Below are positions 39,512 through 50,063 of a DNA stretch of 64,000 nt, piece by piece; the first letter of the stretch is position 1; each line of letters opens with the position of its first letter. The stretch is from Bdellovibrionota bacterium (lineage in GTDB: Bacteria; Bdellovibrionota_G; JALEGL01; DATDPG01), in NCBI GenBank assembly GCA_963668355.1, contig OY764265.1, forward strand, positions 992,001 to 1,056,000. The letters run 5' to 3'. The notes below the pieces were generated by a model. That model was not told the DNA's origin. It saw only the letters and a program-made list of their open reading frames with translations, and searched no databases. A program made the position numbers and the translations under genes.

Positions 39512-40105
39512 ATGAATTTTTTCAACGGCTTGGCTCTGGCTCTATCTCTCAGCTTCTATCCTGCGGGGTCTTTCGCAGAAACCATTCACCTTAAGGACGG
39601 AAAAACACTTAAGGGCTCCATCGAACATGTCTACAAAGGCATTTACACAATCATCACACCCAATGGCCCTGAAACCATTGGACGGCACGAAATATCGAAG
39701 ATTGAATTTCCCAAAGATGTAAAAAACGCCCAACCCAAGGCCTTACCCAAAACTTCTTCCTCAACCTTCCTATCTACGATGGAGGAATCGGATGAACCGT
39801 ATGCCACGCCTTTAAATACATTCAAAACGTGGCGCAAGGCCGCCATTGAAGGAAGTTTAGACAAGATGGTTACGTGTTACGCTTCCTTCAAACAACGGGC
39901 AAAAAAGAAAGAGCTGAAAAAATTATCTCGGGAGGCTTGGGAAAAAATGCGCGCCGCTACGGCCAACACCGAATTTCTTCCCAGTGCCCCCATTTACATG
40001 GGAGATCGCGCTTTCATGGAAGTGGCTTGGACCCTAGATCTGAAAGGCGATACGCAAACCCTTAAGTTTATTTTGGAAAATGACGAGTGGAAACTCATGC
40101 AGTGA
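39512..40105 (+). CDS. Exported hypothetical protein
   Basis: Signal peptide (SFA-ET); ETIHLKDGKTLKG small beta-domain; stop overlaps the lipB start. Confidence 0.65.
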   Translation: MNFFNGLALALSLSFYPAGSFAETIHLKDGKTLKGSIEHVYKGIYTIITPNGPETIGRHEISKIEFPKDVKNAQPKALPKTSSSTFLSTMEESDEPYATPLNTFKTWRKAAIEGSLDKMVTCYASFKQRAKKKELKKLSREAWEKMRAATANTEFLPSAPIYMGDRAFMEVAWTLDLKGDTQTLKFILENDEWKLMQ

Positions 40106-40755
40106 AACCGGAACCCACATTTTGGACCTACCTCGGTCAGAGGCCTTATGCAGAGGTGTGGGAGCTTCAAGAAGAACATCGAAAGGCCATTCTTCAAAAG
40201 AAGGCCCCTGGCCACTTATTCTTGGTGGAGCACCCCCCCACCATTACATTTGGTCGAGCGGAAAAGGGAGAAAATCTTTTGCTATCGCCTGAATCTGCAG
40301 CCGAAAGAGGCGTAGACATTGTGGAAACCAGCCGAGGCGGACAAATCACCTATCATGGTCTGGGGCAACTCGTAGCTTACCCTGTGTTCAATATTCGACG
40401 TTGTGGTGGTGTCCGATGCTTTGTCCACGGCTTGGAAGAATGCATGCTTCGCTGTCTGGAACATTTTGGGATTCATGGAAATCGAAAAGAAGGCTTCCCT
40501 GGAGCTTGGACGGGTCCCCGAAAAATTGGATCCATCGGCATTCACGTTCGGAAAAATGTGTCCATTCATGGACTGGCCTTGAATGTCTGCACCCATTTGG
40601 CCGACTTTGCCTTCATTACGCCTTGTGGTTTACCAGGAGTCCGCATGACCTCCATGGAGCAAGAAGGTGTTGCAGTCACGGTAAAAGACGTTATTGATCC
40701 GTTTGTAAACGCATTTACAGACGTTTTTGGAAAGAGCTTGGTTGATCATGAGTAA
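40102..40755 (+). CDS. lipB: Lipoyl(octanoyl) transferase
   Basis: EHPPTITFGR, RGGQITYHGLGQLVAYP, KIGSIG, HGLALN, ITPCG. Confidence 0.95.
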   Translation: MKPEPTFWTYLGQRPYAEVWELQEEHRKAILQKKAPGHLFLVEHPPTITFGRAEKGENLLLSPESAAERGVDIVETSRGGQITYHGLGQLVAYPVFNIRRCGGVRCFVHGLEECMLRCLEHFGIHGNRKEGFPGAWTGPRKIGSIGIHVRKNVSIHGLALNVCTHLADFAFITPCGLPGVRMTSMEQEGVAVTVKDVIDPFVNAFTDVFGKSLVDHE

Positions 40756-42022
40756 ATATAAATCATTAAAAGGAATGCCCGATATTTTACCGGCCGACAT
40801 TCCACGCTGGCATGAAATGGAAAAACGCATTCGTCGCTTCCTTTCCATTTACGGATATACCGAAATTCGAACCCCCATCCTGGAAGAAACCGAACTTTTT
40901 GCTCGGTCCATCGGCTCATCCACCGACATTGTGGAAAAGGAGATGTTCACACTTCCTGAGGTCTCAGGAAAACCCGTTTCCCTTCGCCCCGAAGGAACGG
41001 CTTCGGTCCTTCGATCCTACCTAGAGCACCACCTCGGTCACGGACAAGACTTGCTCAAGGTTTATTATCTCGGCCCCATGTTTCGACATGAACGTCCTCA
41101 AAAAGGACGGCTTCGTCAATTCCATCAAATGGGAATTGAAGCCATTGGCAGCGACCACCCCTTCGTGGATGTCGAGGTCATGGTTCTTTTGATGAACTTA
41201 TTGGAATTTTTTCAAACCCCTGATCTACATTTGGAGATCAATAGCGTCGGGGACGAGGAGTGTCGGCCGGCCTATCGGAAAATTCTCAAGGATTTCTTGA
41301 AAGCCCATGCTCAAGAACTTTGCGAAAACTGTCAAAGACGAACGGATTCAAATCCCATGCGCGTCTTTGACTGTAAAGTTCCTTCATGCCAAAGCGTTTT
41401 GGAACAAGCTCCCATCATTCTTGACCACTTAAACGCTCGATGCGCCGACCACTTGGCTTCGGTCGAAGAAGGTTTACGCACAGCTGGAGTTTCGTTCACC
41501 AAAAATCCCCGCATCGTTCGAGGATTGGACTATTACGAACGCACCGCCTTCGAAGTCACTTCGGGAAACCTCGGGGCTCAAAACGCTGTAGCCGCTGGAG
41601 GGAGATACGACGGCCTGGCAGAGGTCATGGGCGGTTCCCACACCCCAGCCATTGGCTTCGCTATGGGTTTGGAAAGACTCCTTTTAACCCTCGGAGATTC
41701 TTTGATTCCCTCTCTTCAAAAACGCGTGGAGTTTGTTCCCCTCGATGACAAGGCACAGATTCAAACGATGGCTCTTTCCATGCAAACCCGGCAGGCGTGT
41801 GTCCGTTCAGATACATCTCCCACCATCGAGTTCCTTCCCGAACCCAAAAGCATCAAGGCTGCATTGCGCAGGGCCAATCGCAACCAAGCCGTTGCGGCGA
41901 TTCTTCTCGGGTCGGAAGAAATGAAAAAAAACACGGCTACGGTCAAATGGCTAAATGGCAAAGACCAGAAAGAGATTCGATTCGAAGACCTACCTAGCTA
42001 TTTGTCAAAGGAGCTTGCATGA
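40748..42022 (+). CDS. hisS: Histidine--tRNA ligase
   Basis: LRPEGTA, FRHERPQKGRLRQFHQ, RGLDYY, GGRYDGL, GFAMGLERL. Confidence 0.97.
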   Translation: MSKYKSLKGMPDILPADIPRWHEMEKRIRRFLSIYGYTEIRTPILEETELFARSIGSSTDIVEKEMFTLPEVSGKPVSLRPEGTASVLRSYLEHHLGHGQDLLKVYYLGPMFRHERPQKGRLRQFHQMGIEAIGSDHPFVDVEVMVLLMNLLEFFQTPDLHLEINSVGDEECRPAYRKILKDFLKAHAQELCENCQRRTDSNPMRVFDCKVPSCQSVLEQAPIILDHLNARCADHLASVEEGLRTAGVSFTKNPRIVRGLDYYERTAFEVTSGNLGAQNAVAAGGRYDGLAEVMGGSHTPAIGFAMGLERLLLTLGDSLIPSLQKRVEFVPLDDKAQIQTMALSMQTRQACVRSDTSPTIEFLPEPKSIKAALRRANRNQAVAAILLGSEEMKKNTATVKWLNGKDQKEIRFEDLPSYLSKELA

Positions 42023-43797
42023 GTCAGACACGATCACATACTTGCGGAGAGCTACGCCTTGAACACGTCGGGCAAGACGTTCAATTAACCGGATGGGTCA
42101 ATCGACGAAGAGATTTGGGAGGATTGACCTTCATCGATCTTCGAGACCGATATGGCATTGTACAAGTGGTTCTAGACCCACAAACCGTTCCAGAACTTCA
42201 CGCGAAGTCCCAAGAAATTCGCAGCGAATTTGTTCTCTTTGTGAAGGGCAAGGTCTCGCCCCGCCCAGAAGGGATGATAAACAAAGAGCGCGTTACGGGA
42301 GAAATCGAAGTGCACGCCTCTGAGCTGGACATTCTTTCCAAGGCCGAAGTCCTTCCCTTTACCATTCACGAAGAAACCGATGCGACGGAGGCTCTGAAAT
42401 TAAAATATCGTTACTTGGATTTGAGAAGACCTCATCTCCAACGAAATCTTTTGCTTCGGCATAAAATGTACTCTGTCATCCATCGCTATTTGGATCAGAA
42501 AAATTTCGTTGAAATCGAAACGCCCTTTTTGAACAAATCCACGCCGGAAGGAGCACGAGACTATTTGGTTCCCAGCCGCGTGCACCCCGGAAAATTTTGG
42601 GCCCTCCCCCAATCACCACAATTATTTAAACAACTACTCATGATGTCTGGAATGGATCGCTATTATCAAATCGCACGATGCTTTCGAGACGAGGACCTTC
42701 GAGCTGACAGGCAACCCGAGTTCACACAACTTGACATGGAAATGAGCTTTGCAACACCAGAGTCCATTTTCAAAATCATGGAAGCTTTGTTTGCGGATAT
42801 TTTTCAAACGGTTTTGGACGTCACCATCCAAACACCCTTTCCTCAAATGTCCTATGAGGAGGCGATGACATCTCATGCAACCGACAAACCGGATTTGCGA
42901 TGGGACATGCCCTTGACCCAACTTTCTCAAGTTTTCAAAAACACCAGCTTTCGTGTTTTTTCGGAAGCACTTTCCAACCACGGAGAAATTCGTGGCGTTC
43001 GAATTCCAAAAGGAGAGTCTTTTTCACGCAAACAAATTGACCAACTTACCCTCATTGCAAAAGGATGCGGGGCCAAGGGCGTGGTCTGGATGAAAAAGAG
43101 CCAAGAAAAAACATCATCTTCCATCGATAAATTTCTCTCTCCCGACGAATTGTCCACGCTGGAATCTTTGCTGAAACTGGAAGAAGGAGATTTGGGACTC
43201 ATCGTGGCCGACCAACCTTCGGTGGCTCGCGCGTCCCTGGAAGCTTTGAGAAACGAATGCATTGAACGATTGGAACTAAAACCCAAACGTCCATTTGCCT
43301 TCACGTGGGTGGTTGATTTTCCTTTATTTGTTTGGGATGACGACGAGAGTCGGTTTGTTTCCGTCCATCATCCGTTCACTCAGCCCCACCCCGAAGATGT
43401 CTCCAAGCTTAAAAACGGAGAAGATCTCGGGTCGGTTCGTGCACTTGCATACGACCTGGTTTTAAACGGTTATGAAATCGGTGGTGGTTCCATTCGAATT
43501 CATCAACCCGAAATTCAATCCATGATTTTTCAAACCCTGAAACTCACCGAAGAAGACATGAAGCATAAATTCGGGTTCTTTTTGGAGGCGTTAAAATACG
43601 GCACGCCTCCACATGGGGGCATTGCGCTCGGTTTGGATCGGGTGGCCATGATTCTTTCAGGGACCCAGGCCATTCGAGATGTCATTGCCTTTCCGAAAAC
43701 CCAGAGCGCGCTGGACTTGATGGCGGAATCTCCCAGCACGGTGGATCCCCGACAATTGGATGAGCTGCATCTTGCCTTAAAGAAACCCAAAGCATGA
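42019..43797 (+). CDS. aspS: Aspartate--tRNA ligase
   Basis: FIDLRDRYG, YRYLDLRR, LPQSPQLFKQ, FRDEDLRADRQPEFTQ, PPHGGIALGLDR. Confidence 0.97.
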   Translation: MSQTRSHTCGELRLEHVGQDVQLTGWVNRRRDLGGLTFIDLRDRYGIVQVVLDPQTVPELHAKSQEIRSEFVLFVKGKVSPRPEGMINKERVTGEIEVHASELDILSKAEVLPFTIHEETDATEALKLKYRYLDLRRPHLQRNLLLRHKMYSVIHRYLDQKNFVEIETPFLNKSTPEGARDYLVPSRVHPGKFWALPQSPQLFKQLLMMSGMDRYYQIARCFRDEDLRADRQPEFTQLDMEMSFATPESIFKIMEALFADIFQTVLDVTIQTPFPQMSYEEAMTSHATDKPDLRWDMPLTQLSQVFKNTSFRVFSEALSNHGEIRGVRIPKGESFSRKQIDQLTLIAKGCGAKGVVWMKKSQEKTSSSIDKFLSPDELSTLESLLKLEEGDLGLIVADQPSVARASLEALRNECIERLELKPKRPFAFTWVVDFPLFVWDDDESRFVSVHHPFTQPHPEDVSKLKNGEDLGSVRALAYDLVLNGYEIGGGSIRIHQPEIQSMIFQTLKLTEEDMKHKFGFFLEALKYGTPPHGGIALGLDRVAMILSGTQAIRDVIAFPKTQSALDLMAESPSTVDPRQLDELHLALKKPKA

Positions 43798-44432
43798 ATG
43801 CGTTTGACTTCATTCCCAACGAAACCAAACCCCTGGATTTCGAGCGTCATTTTTGGGAATCAGGAACGCAATATGTGGCTGGAATTGACGAGGTGGGACG
43901 CGGCGCACTTGCCGGTCCCGTGGTTGCATGCGCGCTCGTACTCCCCGCCAACACACAACCCCTTCCCGGCGTAAAAGACTCTAAACGCCTTTCCCCATCC
44001 CAACGAGAGGCCTTATTTCCCCTGATCCTCGAACAAGCGACCGCAGTGGGCATTGGCCAAGTGGCTCCAGAAAAAATTGATGAAATCAATATTCTGGAGG
44101 CCACACGAACCGCGATGGCATTGGCCGTTGAGGAGTTGAATCCGCCTCCGGAAATGTGCCTTGTGGATGGGAATCAAAAAATCGTGGTGCCCTGCCCCCA
44201 AAGAATGATCATCAAAGGCGACCAACGGGTTTACAGCATTTCCGCCGCTTCCATCGTGGCCAAAGTCACCCGAGATCGATGGATGGTCGAGCAATCTCAG
44301 ATCTATCCCACCTTCGGCTTCGATCAACACAAAGGCTATGGAACAAAGATTCATCGCAATGCGATTCTCAAACACGGACCTTCTCCCATTCATCGTCGAT
44401 CCTTTTTAAGGAACATTCAGCGCATGTCATGA
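43794..44432 (+). CDS. rnhB: Ribonuclease HII
   Basis: GIDEVGRGALAGPV, DSKRL, KGD, AASIVAKVTRD, HRRSF. Confidence 0.96.
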   Translation: MNAFDFIPNETKPLDFERHFWESGTQYVAGIDEVGRGALAGPVVACALVLPANTQPLPGVKDSKRLSPSQREALFPLILEQATAVGIGQVAPEKIDEINILEATRTAMALAVEELNPPPEMCLVDGNQKIVVPCPQRMIIKGDQRVYSISAASIVAKVTRDRWMVEQSQIYPTFGFDQHKGYGTKIHRNAILKHGPSPIHRRSFLRNIQRMS

Positions 44433-44797
44433 CTCTGATTCGGAAAGATTTTGGGAAAAAGGCAGAAAAACTTGCGGCGACCTATTTAAAAAAGAAAAAA
44501 TTTAAAATCATCCAAACCAACTGGGTGTGTCGCCTGGGAGAGATCGACATCATTGCAAAAAAAGATGAAACGTTGGTCTTTGTCGAAGTAAAAGCCGGTC
44601 ACAAACAAGAAGGATTCTCCCCTGAGGATCACTTCGATCATCGGAAACAACAAAAACTCAGGCTCCTGGCCAAGGCCTATCTTTCCAATTTGAAAGACCT
44701 TCCAGAATGTCGATTTGACCTCATCACCGTTCGGAGCCATCAAGACTCGGTAATCCTGGACCACTTTGAAGATGTGATAGAGGATACATACCGTTGA
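44429..44797 (+). CDS. YraN (UPF0102) family endonuclease-like protein
   Basis: ATG 44429 overlapping the rnhB stop; GEIDIIA, LVFVEVK, RFDLI; the usual rnhB neighbour. Confidence 0.9.
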   Translation: MTLIRKDFGKKAEKLAATYLKKKKFKIIQTNWVCRLGEIDIIAKKDETLVFVEVKAGHKQEGFSPEDHFDHRKQQKLRLLAKAYLSNLKDLPECRFDLITVRSHQDSVILDHFEDVIEDTYR

Positions 44798-46230
44798 AAC
44801 CCGGAAAGAAAAAATGGGCCTCCCTTCATTTCAATCAAAAGATTCGAAATGCACTGCTGGCCTATTATCTCACGCCCATCCTTCTTATCCTGTTTGCGTC
44901 CAGCGTCTTCTTTTATACCTTTACCAAACATAGCCTAGACGAAGAATTGGGCCATCGCTTGGTCTCCATCGCCATTTCCGCCGCTTACCAAGTAAAGCCG
45001 TATCAGGTGGCGGCTTTAGAACTCAGAGATCCCCATAGCCAAACCTACCAATCTCTGCTGAACCGTTTTCAGACCCTTCAAAAAGACCACAGCCTCAGTC
45101 ACATTTATTTATTCAACTCAAATCACGAAAGTCTCTTAGACACGGACCCCAGCGTATCCATCGGACAGGTCGTGGAACGTCATCGTTTTCATAAAGCGGA
45201 GTTGGAAAAGGCCAAAAACGGCATCCCTTCGTCATCCATCCTTTTTGAAGGGGAGGAGGGTGAGTTTTACAAAAGCGCCTTCATCGCGCTCAAGGACAAT
45301 GGCCGGGTGTATGGGTTCATTGGGGTCGATGCCAGCGCGACCTTTTTTACCGCACTCAAACAATTGGGCCGAAAATTGGTTCTCTTTGGCCTGGCTTGCA
45401 TTTTGTTGATCGTCATCGTGAGTCTTCTGATCTCTCGAAAAATTGTGGCTCCCATTTCTCATCTGGTGGAAAGTGCTCAACGGATCGGGGAAGGAAGTTT
45501 TGACCAACCCATTGAGACCCAGACCCAGAATGAAATCGGCTTCTTAGCCTTTGCCCTGGAAGAAATGCGAAAGAACATCATTTCCAGAGATCGCGAACTT
45601 CAAACCATGCTTCGCGGAATTGCTCATGAAGTGAGAAACCCCTTGGGTGGAATTGAACTCTTCGCTGGAATGCTTGAGGAATCTGCACACGACGATGAGG
45701 AACGAAATGCCGTCGATAAGATCAAAACGGAAGTTCGCACACTGAAGAACTTGATCGAAGAATTTTTGGACTTTGCCAGAGGAACCACTCTCCAACCTTC
45801 GGAAGTCGATCTCCAAGAATTTTTTGAAGATGTTCGTGTGGCCTTCCACTCCGAAATGGAAACACAGGGAGTGCGTTTTTCCTTAAATCTCAACAATCTC
45901 CAAACCCTGCCTTTCGATGCTGATCAAATGAGAAGAGTGTTTTTGAATCTTTTGCGAAACTCGATCCAAGCCATGCCCAAAGGAGGAGCCGTGGAAATCC
46001 GCGTTATGGCCACCAATGGTCAAGCCGAACTGGCTATTTCGGATACGGGCTCTGGAATTCCTCCCGAGTCCCTGGAGAAAGTCTTCGACCCGTTTTTTAC
46101 AACGAAAGAGAAGGGCACGGGGCTCGGATTGTCATTTGCCCGTAAAATTGTTAATGCCCACGGTGGAACGGTTCGATTAGAATCGGAAGCGCATCAAGGC
46201 ACAACGATAACCATCACCCTTCCGAGATGA
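44794..46230 (+). CDS. Membrane sensor histidine kinase (periplasmic sensor, HAMP, HisKA, HATPase)
   Basis: Two TM helices; AHEVRNPL, NLLRNS, DTGSG, FFTTK, GTGLGL. Confidence 0.95.
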   Translation: MKPGKKKWASLHFNQKIRNALLAYYLTPILLILFASSVFFYTFTKHSLDEELGHRLVSIAISAAYQVKPYQVAALELRDPHSQTYQSLLNRFQTLQKDHSLSHIYLFNSNHESLLDTDPSVSIGQVVERHRFHKAELEKAKNGIPSSSILFEGEEGEFYKSAFIALKDNGRVYGFIGVDASATFFTALKQLGRKLVLFGLACILLIVIVSLLISRKIVAPISHLVESAQRIGEGSFDQPIETQTQNEIGFLAFALEEMRKNIISRDRELQTMLRGIAHEVRNPLGGIELFAGMLEESAHDDEERNAVDKIKTEVRTLKNLIEEFLDFARGTTLQPSEVDLQEFFEDVRVAFHSEMETQGVRFSLNLNNLQTLPFDADQMRRVFLNLLRNSIQAMPKGGAVEIRVMATNGQAELAISDTGSGIPPESLEKVFDPFFTTKEKGTGLGLSFARKIVNAHGGTVRLESEAHQGTTITITLPR

Positions 46231-46237
46231 ATGAATC

Positions 46238-47599
46238 ATGGCGCAAATACTAATCATCGAAGACAACGCAACCATGAGAGAGGGCATTGGCCAAATTCTG
46301 ACCAAAGTGGGTCATGAAACTCGCGCGGCTTCTGGGGGAAAAGAAGGCGTTCGCTTATTCGAAGAACACCAACCAGACTTCGTCATCACCGATTTAAAAA
46401 TGGAAGATTTGGATGGGATCGAAGTTTTAAGACAGATTCGCCAAAACGCGCCTGAAGCTCTGGTAATGATCATTACGGCCTTTGGAACCATCGAAACCGC
46501 TGTAGAGGCCATGAAGTTGGGTGCTTTTGATTTCATCACCAAACCGTTTTCTCCAGACCTTCTTCGACTGAAGGTTTCCAAAGCCCTCAACGTCGTTCAC
46601 ATGCGAGCCGAAAATGAATACCTCAGATCCGAGGATCGTCGAAATCACCCGGATGCCATGGTGGGGGTCTCTCAAGAATTGGAAGATATTCGAGAACAAA
46701 TCTTTCGAGTCTCCCAAACGGATTCCACCGTTTTGATCACTGGAGAAAGTGGGACCGGAAAAGAACTCGTCGCCCGAGCCGTTCATGCAAGAAGTTCTCG
46801 GGCAGGTAAGCCATTCATCAAAGTGGACTGTTCCGCTCTGGCTGAAGGGGTCTTAGAGAGTGAACTTTTCGGGCATGAACGGGGTGCCTTTACCGGTGCC
46901 GCACAGCGAAAACTTGGCAGATTCGAGTTGGCTGATGGTGGAACCCTTTTTTTGGATGAAATTGGAGACATTTCCCCGGCTGTTCAGCTTAAATTGCTTC
47001 GCGTTCTTCAAGACCGCTCTTTTGAGCGCGTGGGAGGCACACGTACCGTCAACGTTGATGTTCGTGTGATCAGCGCCACCAACAAAGACCTCTCTGCGGA
47101 AATCAAAAAGGGGCGATTTCGAGAGGATCTCTATTATCGCCTCCACATCGTCCCCATCCACGTTCCTCCTTTGCGAAAGCGGAAAAAAGACGTTCCCCTC
47201 CTCTTGGATCATTTTTTGTCTCTTTTTTCACGAAAAACCGGGCGAAACTTGCACCTGACTCCCGAGGCAGCCGACGCCCTCAAAAATCACCAATGGCCCG
47301 GAAATATTAGAGAATTGGAAAATCTCATGGAACGATTGTCCGTTTTGGTGCGCCACAGCGAAATCGGGCTAAGCGACCTTCCTGAGTCTTTCAGAAAGAT
47401 GTCACCTCAGGTAAACTTGGAGGTTGGCGAGCAAGATCTCGATTTGAATCAGTCCCTCGAACAACTGGAAAAACAGCTGATCGAGGAAGCCTATCGTCGG
47501 GCAGGGGGGGTCAAGACCCGAACGGCTGAACTCCTCAAAATCAAACCGAGCGCTCTCTATTATAAACTCGAAAAGTACGGGATTTATACCAAGGATTAG
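46238..47599 (+). CDS. Sigma-54-dependent response regulator (NtrC/AtoC family)
   Basis: Receiver domain; GESGTGKE, ESELFGHERGAFTGA, WPGNIRELEN; C-terminal HTH. Confidence 0.96.
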   Translation: MAQILIIEDNATMREGIGQILTKVGHETRAASGGKEGVRLFEEHQPDFVITDLKMEDLDGIEVLRQIRQNAPEALVMIITAFGTIETAVEAMKLGAFDFITKPFSPDLLRLKVSKALNVVHMRAENEYLRSEDRRNHPDAMVGVSQELEDIREQIFRVSQTDSTVLITGESGTGKELVARAVHARSSRAGKPFIKVDCSALAEGVLESELFGHERGAFTGAAQRKLGRFELADGGTLFLDEIGDISPAVQLKLLRVLQDRSFERVGGTRTVNVDVRVISATNKDLSAEIKKGRFREDLYYRLHIVPIHVPPLRKRKKDVPLLLDHFLSLFSRKTGRNLHLTPEAADALKNHQWPGNIRELENLMERLSVLVRHSEIGLSDLPESFRKMSPQVNLEVGEQDLDLNQSLEQLEKQLIEEAYRRAGGVKTRTAELLKIKPSALYYKLEKYGIYTKD

Positions 47600-47603
47600 T
47601 GGC

Positions 47604-48920
47604 ATGAAACGACCAACCAACAGAATCTGGAGCCGATCCCCCTCCCTTTTCTGGGTAGCTTTGCTTGCCCTTGTCCTTCCCGCCAACGCTGGAACCTTAG
47701 ACGAACTCAGAAAAGACCGGGCCGAACTTCAAGCCAAGCTCAAAAACCAGCAATATGCCGCCCAAGAAAAAGAGCACGTTCTCAACCAGCTTTCGGTGCA
47801 AATCCAGGATTTGAAAAACAAGCAAGCCAAACAACGTCTAATATTAAGAGGGTATCGCCTGCAATCCTTGCTTTCCGAGGCCGAGGAGGTTTCCCAAAAC
47901 CTGCAGTCTCTTCGACAAAAAGAACAGCGAACCCGGAGTCGATTGGAGAAAAATCGGAGTTATCTCATCTCCTCGCTGGACGAAGCCATCGACGAGCAGG
48001 CCAAAAGGGTTCATGAAACCAAGGCCTTAATTCCCAAAAAACGTGCAGCCAAAAAATTGACCCGTTTGTCCAATGAGCGAGAAGCCCTTGCCATTCAAAC
48101 CCAAACAGAAACCCTCCCAAACACGATGGCGAATTTAACGCAAAAAGTGAAAGATCCGGAGGAGTTGGCCGATCGCCTTAAGGCCATCAACGATTTTCAA
48201 GGCCGTCTTCGAAAAGAAGTTGCTCTATTGCGAGATGAGATTTCTCACGAAAAAAGACAGGAGTTCATGCGCCAAGAAATTGGCCACCTCTTGGAGGAGG
48301 AAGCTTTTTTCGGCGAGCGTGGATTCATTCATGGAAGCACGCCTCGAACCAAAGATGAAGCCGCCACAGCCCTGGCAAAAACATCGACCGAAGAGGTCAC
48401 GGAAGAATCAACAGAGACCTCCAGCACCCCCGAAGATTCTTCGATAGATGTCGTAAGCCCCGAGCTTCCCGCCTTGCCACCTGAAGGGAACCCCATGGAA
48501 CCCTCCGAAGAAATGAATGGAGGAGATGAACTTCAAATTCCTGCTGAACCTTTGGCTCCTCCCATGCCTGAAGGCGAAATTCCTTCCTTGGAAACGGCGA
48601 ATGGATCTCCTGAAGCGCTTTCAACCGTTCCAGTTGCACCCGAGACGGAGGTTGTAACCCAAAACCGCCTCGAGATTCCAAGCCTCGTAGATGCCGGAAA
48701 CGAAGCCGCTCTGGATGTCCAAAACCGAGATCCTCTCGCACAACTCGCATCTGAGTTTGGCCTGGATGCAGACCAGCTACAAGACCTGGAACTTCCTCAA
48801 AACGCTCCGACAGAGCACCTGCACTGGTTGGCCCAGAGGCTCGAAACTACACAAGCCATTCTTCTTGAACTCGAAAAGCTGGCTCGAAAAATCCAGAAGC
48901 AGCTTACGCCGACTCCGTGA
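47604..48920 (+). CDS. Exported coiled-coil hypothetical protein with an acidic Pro/Glu-rich linker
   Basis: Signal peptide (ANA-GT); long heptad-like helices; low-complexity P/E/S/T stretch. Confidence 0.7.
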   Translation: MKRPTNRIWSRSPSLFWVALLALVLPANAGTLDELRKDRAELQAKLKNQQYAAQEKEHVLNQLSVQIQDLKNKQAKQRLILRGYRLQSLLSEAEEVSQNLQSLRQKEQRTRSRLEKNRSYLISSLDEAIDEQAKRVHETKALIPKKRAAKKLTRLSNEREALAIQTQTETLPNTMANLTQKVKDPEELADRLKAINDFQGRLRKEVALLRDEISHEKRQEFMRQEIGHLLEEEAFFGERGFIHGSTPRTKDEAATALAKTSTEEVTEESTETSSTPEDSSIDVVSPELPALPPEGNPMEPSEEMNGGDELQIPAEPLAPPMPEGEIPSLETANGSPEALSTVPVAPETEVVTQNRLEIPSLVDAGNEAALDVQNRDPLAQLASEFGLDADQLQDLELPQNAPTEHLHWLAQRLETTQAILLELEKLARKIQKQLTPTP

Positions 48921-48929
48921 GAACCATAC

Positions 48930-50063
48930 GTGAATGACCATCGCTATGTCTGGCTCATCCTTTTAAGTTTTTTTCTTCAAACCGCTCAAGTCTTGGGCGT
49001 AGAGGATGCCTCTGGTTGGAAAGAGTTCAAAGAACATCATTCCATCCACAACTCGGTTCAGGTTGGGGGTGAATACGACACCAATGTGTTCAAACGTTTT
49101 GGGGGAAGCGACAAGGATTCTCTTTTGCGTCTCCTTCTCAAAAGCCGGGGAACTCTTTCATTTAACAAAAACTGGAAGATGCAATGGAACTATCAAGGAG
49201 GCGGAAAGAAATATTTTGACCGAGACGAACAAGACTTGCTCATTCAATATCTTCAAACCCCCTTCATCTATACGATTCCAAATCGAATTCGAGTCTTGCT
49301 TACGCCGGAGCTAAAATATCAGGAAGAAGCCAATCGCGTTGACACCCAAAACCCTACGACTCAAGACATTAACGAAGATTACCTTTCTCTTTCCACACGT
49401 TTAGGAATTCAGTTTTTACTTCCTGCCCGATTCATCTTTCAACCTTTTGCGACCTACACCTATTTTCGTTTTGAACCCAACGCCAACTATGGATTCCACC
49501 GAGAGCGCGGAGGAGCCATTTTTACCCGGCGCTTTTGGTCTCATTTCAACGCAGGATCGGAATACACCTATCAAAGACAACAGTTTGATGGGCTCTCACG
49601 CGACGACGCCGAACACGAAGCCTCTGCCTTTATTCAATACATGAACGCTCTGGTCGCTTCGGTTCGTTATACCTTTCAAAAAAATGATTCGGCACAAAAT
49701 CGTTTCTCGTTTACCAATCACCGAATCACCGTTCTTCTTTCTGTCCCCATTGATTTTCATCAAGATTCACTTGAGTCTGAGACGGATGATTTTGAAGAAC
49801 CCCTTTTGGCCTTTCATTTCTACGGAACTTTTCAAATCAAAGATTTCCCCTCGGTTTTCGATTACACCGATGAGGGGGAACGCTTTCTTCTCACCGGAGC
49901 CGAAGATGACAACTTCAACTCCTTGGTATTCAAACTATCGATTCACCCACTGCCTAAAACCACTCTTGAGTTAAAGTACACCCGCCACTCCAACGAGTTG
50001 TCCAGCCAACAAGATTCGTTTAACCGCACGCTCTATTACGGCGGAATCAGGTATTCGTTCTGA
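48930..50063 (+). CDS. Outer-membrane beta-barrel protein
   Basis: Signal peptide; GGEYDTNVF; aromatic alternating strands; C-terminal YYGGIRYSF. Confidence 0.75.
   Translation: MNDHRYVWLILLSFFLQTAQVLGVEDASGWKEFKEHHSIHNSVQVGGEYDTNVFKRFGGSDKDSLLRLLLKSRGTLSFNKNWKMQWNYQGGGKKYFDRDEQDLLIQYLQTPFIYTIPNRIRVLLTPELKYQEEANRVDTQNPTTQDINEDYLSLSTRLGIQFLLPARFIFQPFATYTYFRFEPNANYGFHRERGGAIFTRRFWSHFNAGSEYTYQRQQFDGLSRDDAEHEASAFIQYMNALVASVRYTFQKNDSAQNRFSFTNHRITVLLSVPIDFHQDSLESETDDFEEPLLAFHFYGTFQIKDFPSVFDYTDEGERFLLTGAEDDNFNSLVFKLSIHPLPKTTLELKYTRHSNELSSQQDSFNRTLYYGGIRYSF

Noticed and set aside
44156..44428. N-terminal extension of the YraN ORF
   Set aside because: Lies within rnhB; ATG 44429 coupled to the rnhB stop is the plausible start
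48380..48660. Pro/Glu-rich region as a tandem repeat
   Set aside because: Low complexity at protein level but no repeated DNA unit
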